A stretch of DNA of 64,000 nt, taken from the IMG/VR virus record IMGVR_UViG_3300033121_001357, positions 1-64,000 of that record. One strand, 5' to 3'. Each line of letters opens with the position of its first letter. Position 1 is the stretch's first letter. Under the pieces are notes generated by a model. That model was not told the origin of the DNA and did not search any database. It saw nothing but the letters and a program-made list of their open reading frames with translations. This stretch comes from a virus. Taxonomy: Duplodnaviria > Caudoviricetes. A program made the position numbers and the translations under genes. Of this stretch, positions 22,601 to 32,214 are shown in pieces.

Positions 22601-25055
22601 CCCTCATTGAATAGTATTCCTTCAATAGCTCGGGCGTTGAAATTGCCCCGCTCTTGTTATAACCCTTCATAAGGATCTGTCGGGTGGTGGCCATTCTCTG
22701 CTCTAGATCAGCCATATATCCTGAGATCTCGTGAACCATTGCTTCAGTAGCTTGAGGCATTGTTCTTTCGGAGATCTTCTTTAGACCCTGGACGCCATAT
22801 CCCTGAAGTCCCTCAGTGTTCTTCCAGGCAGTGTTCCAAGCGTCATGAAGGGGCGTCCCCTTCATTGCATCCCTGTAGTTAACAAAGTCCCCGCCCGAGG
22901 CAAGCACAGCTCTTTCGTGTGGCGCAAGCATGTCGTTCATATCTTTGAAATAAAGATCGAGCTCTTGCTGGGAGGCGCCCCTCTTTACCAGATCCTGATA
23001 TACGTAATCGTTGCGGGCAACTTCGTACATAGCTGCCATCTTTCTTCCGACGAGGTTATCAAGCTCCTCTTTGATCGTAACCTTCATGCCGAAGCCCTTA
23101 TCGCCCTGACCCAGTGTCCTCTCTAGTTCACCATTCAGGACGAATTTATTTCCATCCTTTGTTGGGATTAGCTGGGCTCTGTTCACGATAAATCTTTCCG
23201 CATTCTCAGGAACTGTCTCGTAGGTTCCATTCGGATTCAGACCAAGTACCTCTCCGGAGCGATAGACAGTGCTCTCTAACATTGCCAACTCTGTTGGAGT
23301 TCCTCCCTGGACTCCAACTCTTTTCATCAGATCTTCTATTTCTGAAACAGCGATGCCGCCCTTAAGACGCTCTCTGAATTCAGCCATTCCAGGGATATCG
23401 GAATCCACCAAGGTCCCGAGGCGGTCACTAAAGAATGAAGATCCATGAAGGTTAACAGTATGGGTGCTTCTGTACTTGATCTTATCAAGTAGGACCATTT
23501 CGTCTTCGTGTAGATTGATGTGACTCAGTCCCACAGCTCTGAAAATACTATTGGATATATCTTGTGGTACCGAGGCTACACGGATATGGCTGAGGGCCTC
23601 ATTGGCTGCAAGCTGGGCACTGCCTCTAACGATGTTCTTGGGGGCGCGCTGCATGTAGCTGACTCGTGTGCCTCTTAAAGACTGAGCAATCGTCTTGTTG
23701 TCACCAGACATCCCAGCGAAGGAAGATCCAAAGATTCTGCCAAATGGGTTCGGAATGTTTCTGATACCAGAAGTCTGCTGTGTTGGGGAAAGACCGGCAT
23801 TGACATCGAACTTCATTGAACCAAGAAGCTCATCATGTAGCTTCATAATATCTGCTGAAGGTGCAGGCATTCCATGGAGACCGCGTAGGGTCACCTGATA
23901 TGCAAGCTTTCTGTTGTAGCTCATATTGGCAGTCATGGCTACAAGAGGCTTGCCAGTGTCCTCTCGTGCATGGCCAATTAGGCTCGCATAGAATCGCCTA
24001 TTTGAAGTCTTACTCTCAACAATGTCTTTTAGCAGACCATCAGCAAATGTCTGAGCGAAGTATTCATCTGGTGAACGATAGAGGGCGTTTATGTCTTTAA
24101 CTCCTGCGATAACGTTCTTTTCAAAGTTCGCTGTTCGAACCCTTCTGGCAATTAGAGTTCTCTCTCCAAATGTACCCAGTCTAACGCGGCCATTCATCTC
24201 TATAGGAAGCTCTGCAATAGTCCTATTCCCCTGAATGATATGCACATTCGCAAGACGCTCTTCTGCATCTACCTGTAGTGCCATCATCTTCATCTGAAGT
24301 CTGGACTTAGAATTGTTTGGTAGGGCGGAATTGTACTCGTTTACAAATTCCTCAATCCTATTCATGTGCTCGAGAAGACCTGGACGATGTGCTAAGCGTG
24401 CGGGATTATAGTCAAAGGTATTGGTGAGAGTGGATACATTGAATGCGTTTAATCCCTTACCGGGCACCTTGGTAAGGTCAGAGATTCTGAGAATTGCTCC
24501 GTTACTTTCAATGTGTGCTGCATTTGCTCTGATAATCTTCTCGGCAGCAGTTCTACCCTTAGCTCCTGTAAGGTTCCCGATAAGCCCCTGCTGACGAGCA
24601 ATAAGTTCCATATACTGACGATGGGCTGGACTGGCGTCCATTATCTGAATAAGAGATTCTCTAGAAGCTCTTCCAGACTTTAGGTCGATACCAAATCCCT
24701 CGAGGTGTCCAGGCTCTAGTTTGAATGCAGTGGCGAGACTTTCGACAGCATGCCCTCTAGCTCTACGGATGCTTGCACGTAGCTCTGGCGTATTAACAGC
24801 ACTTTCAAAGTTTCCCTTACCAGTAAATGCAGAAGCAATATCTTCTGAGCTCATGACATACCTATTCTTACGAGATACCTGTAGAGCATCGAATAGGGCC
24901 CTCTGCTCTCTCTGCTGTCTCCACGGGGCAGAGATAGTACCTCTACCTTTTAGGTCGTCGAGCGTACGAATGCCTGCAGTTGCTAGACCTCCTAGCAACA
25001 TACCTGGTGCGACATAATTCCCGAAGAAATCTCTTCTGGTCTTCTTATTGCTCAT
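19608..25055 (-). CDS. Putative single-chain two-barrel (double-psi beta-barrel) virion RNA polymerase (1815 aa)
   Basis: Ordered motifs: NLHEDEMVL (aa about 516, cf. RpoB NFEDSI); RTLGQGDKGFGMKVTI (aa 651-658, cf. RpoB GDK..G.KGVI); LSGPVSGSSR (aa about 1149, cf. RpoC KRVDYSGR); ILSRDPPT (R1212, cf. RpoC LNRAPT); FGADFDDDQL (D1381/D1383/D1385 at 20901-20915, cf. NADFDGDQM). Confidence 0.75.
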   Translation of the reverse strand: MSNKKTRRDFFGNYVAPGMLLGGLATAGIRTLDDLKGRGTISAPWRQQREQRALFDALQVSRKNRYVMSSEDIASAFTGKGNFESAVNTPELRASIRRARGHAVESLATAFKLEPGHLEGFGIDLKSGRASRESLIQIMDASPAHRQYMELIARQQGLIGNLTGAKGRTAAEKIIRANAAHIESNGAILRISDLTKVPGKGLNAFNVSTLTNTFDYNPARLAHRPGLLEHMNRIEEFVNEYNSALPNNSKSRLQMKMMALQVDAEERLANVHIIQGNRTIAELPIEMNGRVRLGTFGERTLIARRVRTANFEKNVIAGVKDINALYRSPDEYFAQTFADGLLKDIVESKTSNRRFYASLIGHAREDTGKPLVAMTANMSYNRKLAYQVTLRGLHGMPAPSADIMKLHDELLGSMKFDVNAGLSPTQQTSGIRNIPNPFGRIFGSSFAGMSGDNKTIAQSLRGTRVSYMQRAPKNIVRGSAQLAANEALSHIRVASVPQDISNSIFRAVGLSHINLHEDEMVLLDKIKYRSTHTVNLHGSSFFSDRLGTLVDSDIPGMAEFRERLKGGIAVSEIEDLMKRVGVQGGTPTELAMLESTVYRSGEVLGLNPNGTYETVPENAERFIVNRAQLIPTKDGNKFVLNGELERTLGQGDKGFGMKVTIKEELDNLVGRKMAAMYEVARNDYVYQDLVKRGASQQELDLYFKDMNDMLAPHERAVLASGGDFVNYRDAMKGTPLHDAWNTAWKNTEGLQGYGVQGLKKISERTMPQATEAMVHEISGYMADLEQRMATTRQILMKGYNKSGAISTPELLKEYYSMRAEQRVFRGVGLTGKVGSLVFDESKGNLAENFDKAAALTVKRKGRGMWSASKLFEDLSQAEEVSGPQREAFGRIAKLGDDAAARAFYTYMRKGTFTAGGVRTAYGRALQSQLQYGIKNHVFSIGGNSAVTSGSGRMGSISMQMAEHGRAQGGAMADAMIELLGRRSGFDIEEGNEVYRRVGVFMEGISPNVKAITALDLQNANLDEGIYRDLISRNQLKRSKAFSTMRETFDLGDNAPLVFDVTGKGDKGRYIYHPEEISKHTGGFTGPGGRVASTKLDTALVDTIESMANGNEAEAMRGAAIYGDEAAKITIGKNQSPTAALSGPVSGSSRLRAQSNLLPETFAEMGLEGWEHKPLIRESEYEKQLRQLGADADEIAERMADLRSGKAAMILSRDPPTEMFRISAANVGSLDKVLEKHADTIIRNAEDITGLKTSLFSLDSAEYLKTKNRILFDKVVSARLLHDAKRKAEIEVGKVKAETEGARKKKGKGYKTTRRKGRKVLDRTTKSANEAIAKQQQNYDFMHSESRELDLYSRAIKRAVKQKHAGSQVMLPKHMELIFGADFDDDQLNLFAIKDRNTYDKLKTRSRYHQSIVAKYAGLSKQERDAIISNEEDFLKGLRPQQMTAEHQLAEEGFIYKIRQAKLYSALKDAKEAKMIEAADVIPGTPEWNARRIAAAKAAELEKGSIGAMTNATDFSRRVFRQATPSSMVDMRLYGEMLYGVMPESPLKARQIGAGKMAEAADHIEYMMHALQGKFRDVGVPTVAENFRNHFLALHGTEGNLETLGKIASIENTTAIIESAHKAVATGEGNLLRTLRGQDAGVEQLERMITLMRKGSLDTLHGQLYKNATAELVAASEGSSLGRHVRNAATSFEDVYSTFLKHKKPLLVGAGLAIATSMLLSSPGNISSEVADGAEGAHRTGEPTTPPMDMGNFAPVAVGSGKSIRITGSTSSPVNSNAIAERLKHNFPDAGVNLTVNDYRSRINEEYIRRRIERGS

Positions 25056-28000
25056 TAGGCATCTCCATATCTAATGCCAAACTTTCTAAGTTGGGCATCG
25101 ATATCCTGTCTTCTATCTGCTCTTAAGTCTAGTGAGATCCTTGTCTTGTCTCCAATTGTATCAACAACTTCTACATTTAGATCGTTAATCTTTGAAGACG
25201 TTAGGCTCTTAATCACATCCTCTCTTACACCAGCCGACTTCATTAACTTATTTGCTGCAACATCTACATATGGCTTTCTGCTTACATTCATAACATCGTT
25301 ATCCCAAAGGTCAAAGTCATGAAAGTCTTTGCCTAATGTCTGCACTACTTTCAACTTTACATCATCAATATTAACATCTGGATCATATCCAATCCAGTCA
25401 GCTGCTGGCATTCCGAATGGAGACTGGTCATCGAAATATGGCTCTAGTCGTTTTGCTCTTAGATAGTTTGGGAATGTATCTGGATTTGTTCTTCCACTAC
25501 TGACAGCCTTCTGATATGCCTGCCAGCTATTCACATCTGCCATCTGACCTTCTGTGGCCCTTTGACTTTCAATCGCTGTTACGAGATCTTCCTCACTAGA
25601 AGATAGGTCGCCCTTTGCTGCTAGGCCTGCATAGATCTGCTTCTGCCACTGAGCTGTATAGAACTTTCTTGTGTAGTCAGGAACTAGTTCAAGGATTCTG
25701 GCTCTTGCATTGGGGTCTTCAGTAGCAACAAACTCATCAAAGAAGTTTCTCTCCTCTCTTGGGAGTACCTTCTTAATGTTCTCCATGTCTCCATAGGGGT
25801 CAGCACCGTACATTGTGTACTGAGCCTTTCTGGCATAAGCATAAGCAGCTCGACCTTCACCCTGACTTCTTGCATTTGCTTCCAGTCGCTTGTACTTAAG
25901 ATATTCAAGTTTGTCGAAGTAACCCTTAAGGGCTCGCTCTTCCTGAACGCTTCCTGGGATACCTTCATAGCCGAGGAGGTTCATGGTGTTGTTGAAGGCC
26001 GGCTTTATGAAATCCTCAATTGGACCTTCCCAGCTAGGTGTCCTAGTACTGTAAACATTGCGATCTTCGTATTCAGCAATTGCTGATACCGGACCTGCGA
26101 ACTTGTGGACAGGGGAGATGGGTAGTAGGTGCTCTACAGGATTCTTACGGCCAAGCTCTGTAATAAAGCTCCAGTAGTTACCCAGAAGAGAGTCTGGCTT
26201 GTCTCTAAACTCTACCCTCTTCTCTCTTTCGATGAGCTCTTGCTTAGTGGCCTCGTACATCCACCGATCTTGCTCTGAGAGCTGGTTCCCCTTTGCAAGG
26301 TTATCCATCTTTTCAGAGATAGATTTGAATTCCTTCGAGAATGGAGCGACGTCGCCTAAGATTCGATATTTATGAATGTCTGGATAGTCTTCTGGGTTTA
26401 CACCTTTTAGTTCTTCATACCTTGCAGCGTAACCTGATCCTGGAAGTCTATACTCGCCTTCTGGGATTGCAGCGTAAGGATCTCCATGCTTGAAGTCTGT
26501 GTAGTTATTTGGGCCAGGCATCCATGATGGCATCTTATTGGCAATTGGGTTTAGCTTCTGAAGCTCATAGCGTTCGTTAGGAACGAAACGTCTAAAGGCT
26601 TCAGTAGTCATATAGCCACCACCAAGATTCAAATCCCAGAACCGATCTTGCATACTTCCGACATTAGCAAAGGAGGCTAGGACAGGACTATCAACTCCGA
26701 AGTCTGGAGTGCCGGTTAGCTTCTTCTTAAAGGTAGAGAATATGAAGCCCGGAAGACCCGCTGCTTCTGTGGCCTTATAAGCCATTTCTCCGGCCAGAAA
26801 GGACTGACTGTATGGTGAGCTAGCCCTGATGGGTCCTGTGCCCCCTAAAGCCCGGCTAGGGGCATTAGACGCGTCACTGCCGTAGCGAACGATATCTCCC
26901 CTCTCGATGGCTCCCGCATCCCCTCCAAGCTCGTCTGTATGCATTGTGACAGGGTTCTTTAGAACCCTACCAATGGTCATACCCCAAAGGGTGCCTAGCG
27001 GACCAAACCCTGTGGTGTCAGGACCAGAGATTGGGTAGGGCCTGTCCTCATAAAGCTCCTTCTCTTTCCAGTAAGGATCGTAGAGTCCCTTAATGAATCT
27101 GGAGAATGGGCGATCTGCCATACTGCCGAGCTGGAGCTCATCGGCGGGTTTATCCATGAGGCGGCGGAACCACCCGGGCCTATAGTATTTGGTTTCTTCG
27201 CCCTCGATATCGGTACGACCCATTTCCCAGTTCGCACCCTTCTTTACTGCGACTTCTGTTTCTCCAGCCTGCTCGGCCACAACTTCATCGTAGCTTTGAG
27301 AGGAACCAAGTGAGCCTAGGAAGAACGGTGCAGAGAGTGCAGCACCTATCACAGCGCCAGCAAGACCGAACTTGGCACCCCTGGTCATCGGGCTCTTGAC
27401 AAACTTCTTCATGAAGCCCAGCTGCTCTGGTAGTTCATGAATCTCTTCTCTAGCTGTCTTCCAGGCTAGCTGGTCTGAGACTATTGGGTTTGTAAGAGAA
27501 GCAGCAACACGTCCTGTTAGATAGCCTGCCATTGGGAAGGCCATTACACCCAAGAGTCTATGAGAACCCTTTGCCTCCTCCTCTTGATAACTATTTAAGG
27601 ACGTAAGTCCAGTGACATCAGAGGCTCTTGCATAGAGCCTCTGAGCAGCACCAATTGCCTCTCCTCCGAGCTGTCCGAGATTTCTACCACTAAGCAAGTT
27701 GGTAATAGCACTACCAACCTCATAGGTTGCAGCAATCCCAAGGGCCAGGGGGATCATGCGTCTTATGTGTCTGCCCCAGAGGTCTCCTACACTTCCAGTG
27801 TAGTCGCCACCGGTACCAAAGATGTTTCTGAAGAAACCATATGCCTTAGTATTCTTTGCAGCATCTACGGCTCTAGTCTTACCTATCAGTTCTTCAATTG
27901 CCTCGAGAGGCGTGTCCATCATCCGCAGATAGCGCTCGGACATCTTCTTGGCAAATGTATGACCCTCAAGGGCTGCCCTACGGGTTCTTGGAGAAGATGC

Positions 28001-28960
28001 CTTTGTGAGAAAATCCTCAACTGTCGATGGATCAGTAAAGGCACCCACCACCCCTTTGGTTGTACTACCTAGGGATACGCGCTCTGGGGCTTTAAAGACT
28101 TGATAGGTAGATGGGTTCTTATGGGAGATGGGGCGGGCACCCATAGCCTCTGAGATGGCATCTGTATCTCTAATGATTTGCTGAGACTTGGGTAGTCCAG
28201 TATCGGGATTGATCCCGATGTTTGGATCCTCTATGTTCCAGCGACGGACACCTATCTGAACATCTGGGACAAGGAGCTTTCCAATCTTTCCATCAGGGGT
28301 GGATGAGAACAGGCCCGGGAACCTCCCTGGTTCGAGCTCTCCAGTATTAATTAGATCGGTAACACGTAGACGAGCTTGGTCCATGGACATCGGGGTCCCC
28401 GCTGCAAGGGACCTGTTCATGACGTATTCAGCTAAGTGTTCGTTTGTTGTCGGGGAAACGTGAAAGCCATGAATTCTTTCTAGAGGTTCGAGCTTCCTTC
28501 CGACAAGGGCTGCGTAATGATCTTCAGCTCCGATGATATCTGCAGGATTAATCCTGAGATAGGAGTTTGCATCTGTGAAAGCTTGTCTAGAGGCGAAGCC
28601 AAAGAGGCCGAAGGTTCTAGGAACCCCACCACCCATTTCTTCAAATCTCTTAATACCCTCTAAGAGAAAGTCACCAAGGCGGGCTTCAATCTTACCATTC
28701 TGAAGGGCATAGCCCCTTACCCCCCACCAAGGAGTCTGACCAGCCCTATTGAGACCTTCGGTAAGATACTGAAACTTATGTGGGTCAACTGATACGGTTA
28801 CGTTCTTAGATGCCCAACGTACACCGTAGATACCAACAGTGCCCAGTGCAGCATACTTGAGAGCGTTTGTAAGGGTGTGCGTCTTCCGATCCTCAGAAGG
28901 TCCCACCTCTGCGAATGGCTGTCGGTTAGCTCCTCTGATGATCTTTGCAACGTCATTCAT
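25055..28960 (-). CDS. Tape-measure-like / DNA ejection protein (1301 aa)
   Basis: Follows two chaperone-like genes after the tube genes; several Gly/Ala-rich hydrophobic segments (IPLALGIAATYEVG, LLGVMAFPMAGYLTG, FGLAGAVIGAALSAPFFLG); coupled to the 1815-aa gene by TAATG. Confidence 0.5.
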   Translation of the reverse strand: MNDVAKIIRGANRQPFAEVGPSEDRKTHTLTNALKYAALGTVGIYGVRWASKNVTVSVDPHKFQYLTEGLNRAGQTPWWGVRGYALQNGKIEARLGDFLLEGIKRFEEMGGGVPRTFGLFGFASRQAFTDANSYLRINPADIIGAEDHYAALVGRKLEPLERIHGFHVSPTTNEHLAEYVMNRSLAAGTPMSMDQARLRVTDLINTGELEPGRFPGLFSSTPDGKIGKLLVPDVQIGVRRWNIEDPNIGINPDTGLPKSQQIIRDTDAISEAMGARPISHKNPSTYQVFKAPERVSLGSTTKGVVGAFTDPSTVEDFLTKASSPRTRRAALEGHTFAKKMSERYLRMMDTPLEAIEELIGKTRAVDAAKNTKAYGFFRNIFGTGGDYTGSVGDLWGRHIRRMIPLALGIAATYEVGSAITNLLSGRNLGQLGGEAIGAAQRLYARASDVTGLTSLNSYQEEEAKGSHRLLGVMAFPMAGYLTGRVAASLTNPIVSDQLAWKTAREEIHELPEQLGFMKKFVKSPMTRGAKFGLAGAVIGAALSAPFFLGSLGSSQSYDEVVAEQAGETEVAVKKGANWEMGRTDIEGEETKYYRPGWFRRLMDKPADELQLGSMADRPFSRFIKGLYDPYWKEKELYEDRPYPISGPDTTGFGPLGTLWGMTIGRVLKNPVTMHTDELGGDAGAIERGDIVRYGSDASNAPSRALGGTGPIRASSPYSQSFLAGEMAYKATEAAGLPGFIFSTFKKKLTGTPDFGVDSPVLASFANVGSMQDRFWDLNLGGGYMTTEAFRRFVPNERYELQKLNPIANKMPSWMPGPNNYTDFKHGDPYAAIPEGEYRLPGSGYAARYEELKGVNPEDYPDIHKYRILGDVAPFSKEFKSISEKMDNLAKGNQLSEQDRWMYEATKQELIEREKRVEFRDKPDSLLGNYWSFITELGRKNPVEHLLPISPVHKFAGPVSAIAEYEDRNVYSTRTPSWEGPIEDFIKPAFNNTMNLLGYEGIPGSVQEERALKGYFDKLEYLKYKRLEANARSQGEGRAAYAYARKAQYTMYGADPYGDMENIKKVLPREERNFFDEFVATEDPNARARILELVPDYTRKFYTAQWQKQIYAGLAAKGDLSSSEEDLVTAIESQRATEGQMADVNSWQAYQKAVSSGRTNPDTFPNYLRAKRLEPYFDDQSPFGMPAADWIGYDPDVNIDDVKLKVVQTLGKDFHDFDLWDNDVMNVSRKPYVDVAANKLMKSAGVREDVIKSLTSSKINDLNVEVVDTIGDKTRISLDLRADRRQDIDAQLRKFGIRYGDA

Positions 28961-28962
28961 TC

Positions 28963-29715
28963 TTACATCCCACGCTGTCTAAAGTAGTCAGCTCTCAACT
29001 GAGCGGCCTTTTGCTTTCGCTCTCTGACTGCTTCTATGGCCTCTCTTCTTTCTGTCATCTCAGCTTGCCTCATCAATCTCGGATCTGATTGAGGACTCAG
29101 TACTCTGTGCGAATCGGCGATTTCTTTATCAAGATTGAGTTTCTGCTTCTTCATCATGTCTAGTCTTTCAGCCTCAGGGTCGACGATCCTGAATGGAACA
29201 TCAATTGTCTGACCTCCGAGGATAGCTTCTGCTTGAGCAGCTCTCTTTAATAGAGTTTGCCACTCCATCTGTTCGACCTCCTCTGGTCTATACGAGGGGA
29301 AGGCGCGACATATAGCAATGACTAGCTGGTCCTCTAAGAAGCCAACGGTCTCTCTATGTAAGGAGAGTTGTTCCATAGCCTGTTCAGGCTTGGTGCAACC
29401 AGAAATCCTTAGAATAGACTTCACAACACTACTGATGATCCCAGCATCTTGAGCATTCCTCGACTCTTCGATCCAGGCTTCATGCTCCTCTTCTGGAACA
29501 TATTCTGGTATTGGATCATCGAATGATGAGTAGATGACACACTCTTCGTAGATCTTATTTTCTAGTTCTAGATAATCGAAAGGTGAGATGCGGAAAGATG
29601 CGTCCCTATATCGTTTATAGGTGGACCAGTTGAGAGGCTTCCACACAACATAGCCTTCATCGAACACGGTCTGATACAGGGATTCGTTGGCTATCTTGGC
29701 GGATAGGTATTCCAT
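28963..29715 (-). CDS. Putative tail assembly chaperone 2 (250 aa)
   Basis: Between tube genes and the tape-measure-like gene; helical and charged; 'YRPEEVEQMEW..LL' resembles chaperone C-terminal patterns. Confidence 0.5.
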   Translation of the reverse strand: MEYLSAKIANESLYQTVFDEGYVVWKPLNWSTYKRYRDASFRISPFDYLELENKIYEECVIYSSFDDPIPEYVPEEEHEAWIEESRNAQDAGIISSVVKSILRISGCTKPEQAMEQLSLHRETVGFLEDQLVIAICRAFPSYRPEEVEQMEWQTLLKRAAQAEAILGGQTIDVPFRIVDPEAERLDMMKKQKLNLDKEIADSHRVLSPQSDPRLMRQAEMTERREAIEAVRERKQKAAQLRADYFRQRGM

Positions 29716-29801
29716 GGTGGGTTATCTTCTTACGATAAGAATTGGCTTCCTGCGGTCGGCCTTGGTGACCGACCCCTTAACTGAGCAGGAGCTCATTTGA
29801 G

Positions 29802-30470
29802 TTAGAGCTTAATGCAGGAGGCGAACGCCTGCTCACCGGACATGAACTTAGAGTGGTCCATGATGACGCCGAACAAAGCAGGGATAAGACCCGCATCGCT
29901 CATTGTAAGGAATGCCTGGTCTACTGAAGGGAATAGGACAGAAGCTCTAAGAACACGTTCCTGATACTGTGTGTCTACGAGTGTCGGATCGATCTTTGCC
30001 TTATCTGTTGAGGCTAGTAACCTAAGGTCATTCTGAATCATTGTATGCTCAAGTCGACGAAGTCTCTTGAAGATTACAATGGTATCCTCATCAGGAATGA
30101 AAGCATGAATTCTTCCGTGCTGGGCCTTCCAGGTTTCAAGCTGATGACGAGACAGTGCGGGGAACTGTAACGGAATTAGATCCAGGGGGTCAGATGGGCC
30201 GTCGTCCTCTTCCTCGTCTACTTCAGGTTCTGCTGCCTTAACAGGAGCCTTAGCAGCGGGCTTCTGTTGAGGGGCTGGTCTTGCTGGGGCTGCTGGCTGC
30301 CTAGCGGCTACGCCTTTTATGCCAGAACGAAGAGGCTGTTTTGGAGCCTGTTGGACTTCGTCGTAGGACTCAAGTCCAGCCTCTGCGTTCTGCTCTGCCT
30401 CTGTCAAAATGTCGTTTATCATGTCATCGCCCTGTGCGTTAACAATAATGGGTGTAGGTGTGGTTCTCAT
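29802..30470 (-). CDS. Putative tail assembly chaperone 1 (222 aa)
   Basis: 'LETWKAQHG.I....IFKRL.R.E...VLFP......AGLIP.L...IM..S.F' pattern after an acidic/Pro-Ala N-terminus; position downstream of tube genes. Confidence 0.6.
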   Translation of the reverse strand: MRTTPTPIIVNAQGDDMINDILTEAEQNAEAGLESYDEVQQAPKQPLRSGIKGVAARQPAAPARPAPQQKPAAKAPVKAAEPEVDEEEDDGPSDPLDLIPLQFPALSRHQLETWKAQHGRIHAFIPDEDTIVIFKRLRRLEHTMIQNDLRLLASTDKAKIDPTLVDTQYQERVLRASVLFPSVDQAFLTMSDAGLIPALFGVIMDHSKFMSGEQAFASCIKL

Positions 30471-30481
30471 ATATCTCCAAA

Positions 30482-30688
30482 TTACTCAACTTGAACTATG
30501 CCAATTCCGGCGTCGTTGACTTCAAATGACTTCATTGCCGTAAAAATATCAATACCACGATAGATAACTGGTTGACCATCTGATTCAAATAACTTGAACC
30601 GATCACCAGCTCTAAGAACAGATACGGGTTCTGGGGGTCCCCAGATTCCATCTCTATTTACTAATACATAGCGTTTAGAGTTGTCCAT
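30482..30688 (-). CDS. Hypothetical protein (68 aa)
   Basis: SD-like AAAGGA before the ATG; fills the gap in the operon. Confidence 0.55.
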   Translation of the reverse strand: MDNSKRYVLVNRDGIWGPPEPVSVLRAGDRFKLFESDGQPVIYRGIDIFTAMKSFEVNDAGIGIVQVE

Positions 30689-30700
30689 ATTTAGGTCCTT

Positions 30701-31555
30701 TTAGTCAATGTCGCGAGCTATAAAGCTATAGCTCTCCATGATTGGTTCACCATTGGATATAATCGTTTGGGACTGTCCTGTCAAGTAAACACTTCTTAGT
30801 CTACGAACTGTATGGTCAACACTTGGATCATTATAATCTCCCATGATAAGGAAGATGTCGAATGGGGGCATTAGATCGAAGCGCTCTCTCTGTGGTGTTT
30901 CTGGTCCACCCGGAGTTGCCTGCATCTGTTCTTGTTCTCTTGCATATTTTTTAAATTCTTTGTTGCCCAGATTCCGGACTTCATTAACAGTTTGGAGCTC
31001 TCTAAAGGTCACGTTTGGATGTGGCATCTGACCATTGTAGTATTGCTCTTCAAATAAAAACTGATCTGAGTGATGTCGACCGATTCCCTGAGCGCTTCCA
31101 AGATCTCGATTAACAATTGCCTTTCCAATGATATTTAGATAGTTGGCTTCAACATAGTTGATTGTAAAAGAGCCCTGAACAATAAGGTTTCCTGTGGCTA
31201 CTGTCCTAAAGAGTTTGTCAGCATACCCATACAGGGGAGTGCGGTTTGTTATCGTTGCAAACTGAATGGAGTTGATTTCATCGATGAAGACATCCCCAAA
31301 ATAGATCTGAGCCTGTGAAGCGCTGTAGTAACTTACACGGTATCTTTCATCTGTTAGTGGTGGGGGTAAGGGGTTTGGGGCTGGTCCAAAAGGTGTCTTA
31401 TTGTTACGTATCGACGGATCGGGAGAAAGCTTTCCTTCTACTGATAGTGGATCCATAACGATGTCTGCATCGTATGGATTTCCGACTATCTCAAGTTGAT
31501 CCATAAGAACATCTGCATTGTATGGTCTTTGTACGCGGCTATTGGGTGCTGCCAT
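30701..31555 (-). CDS. Tail tube-like paralogue 3 / tube initiator (284 aa)
   Basis: 'YYSASQ..IYFGD.FIDE...PLYGY....F..VATG...VQGSFTIN...PPFDI...E.YSFIARD' aligns by eye with the two tube genes. Confidence 0.65.
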   Translation of the reverse strand: MAAPNSRVQRPYNADVLMDQLEIVGNPYDADIVMDPLSVEGKLSPDPSIRNNKTPFGPAPNPLPPPLTDERYRVSYYSASQAQIYFGDVFIDEINSIQFATITNRTPLYGYADKLFRTVATGNLIVQGSFTINYVEANYLNIIGKAIVNRDLGSAQGIGRHHSDQFLFEEQYYNGQMPHPNVTFRELQTVNEVRNLGNKEFKKYAREQEQMQATPGGPETPQRERFDLMPPFDIFLIMGDYNDPSVDHTVRRLRSVYLTGQSQTIISNGEPIMESYSFIARDID

Positions 31556-31561
31556 GATTGC

Positions 31562-32203
31562 TTACCTAAATGGATTACGGCTCTGTCTCAGGAGCTGTTC
31601 TTGGATCTGACTTGGTGAAGACATGATGGATCTAAATGTTTTCTTACCGAATCCACCTCCCGCTAGATCCTTAGTTCCTGCTGTTGGTGTCATTACGGCC
31701 ATATGAGCTGCCGTATATTGTACAGTATTTTCTGTAATCAAGTCTTGAATAGACATAACCTGACCTTCAGCAGAGATGTCGATTCCAAAGATTACAAGTT
31801 GAGATCGATGTCCGTATTCATTAGCGAAATTGATAACGACATCAAATGGCGGGAGTTGGTCGACCATTACGTATTCTAGATCTGAGTATTCAGAAACAAC
31901 ACTATTTGTATTTGTGTCTCCAGACTGTCGACGCAATACATCTAATAGAACATGCCTATCAAAGACGGTAAAGACCATTGAGCCTGCGATAGTCCTAGTC
32001 CCCCTGGTTCTGCCTTTCTCTCCTACATATCCCAAAGCTCTAACTGGTTGCTTGTCTCTGAAAATGCTGTATGAGATCGTCTGAAGCGTTGCCAGGACCT
32101 GTGTAGTTGGCTTTTGGTTTCCAGCTCGTGGGACCGATATGATTGCTCGAATATCTGTTCCTGAGTAGGAATTAAAAGCACCCGTATATGAGTTGTCTGC
32201 CAT
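31562..32203 (-). CDS. Tail tube-like paralogue 2 (about 213 aa; start reassigned to MADNSY)
   Basis: Shares NSYSGTDIRA, TLQTISYS, RG.R.IAGSMVF..FD.H and DQLPPFD....ANEYG with 32275-32913. The track start at 32251 lies in a terminator; GGAG precedes ATG 32203. Confidence 0.75.
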   Translation of the reverse strand: MADNSYTGAFNSYSGTDIRAIISVPRAGNQKPTTQVLATLQTISYSIFRDKQPVRALGYVGEKGRTRGTRTIAGSMVFTVFDRHVLLDVLRRQSGDTNTNSVVSEYSDLEYVMVDQLPPFDVVINFANEYGHRSQLVIFGIDISAEGQVMSIQDLITENTVQYTAAHMAVMTPTAGTKDLAGGGFGKKTFRSIMSSPSQIQEQLLRQSRNPFR

Positions 32204-32214
32204 GTAAGCTCCAG

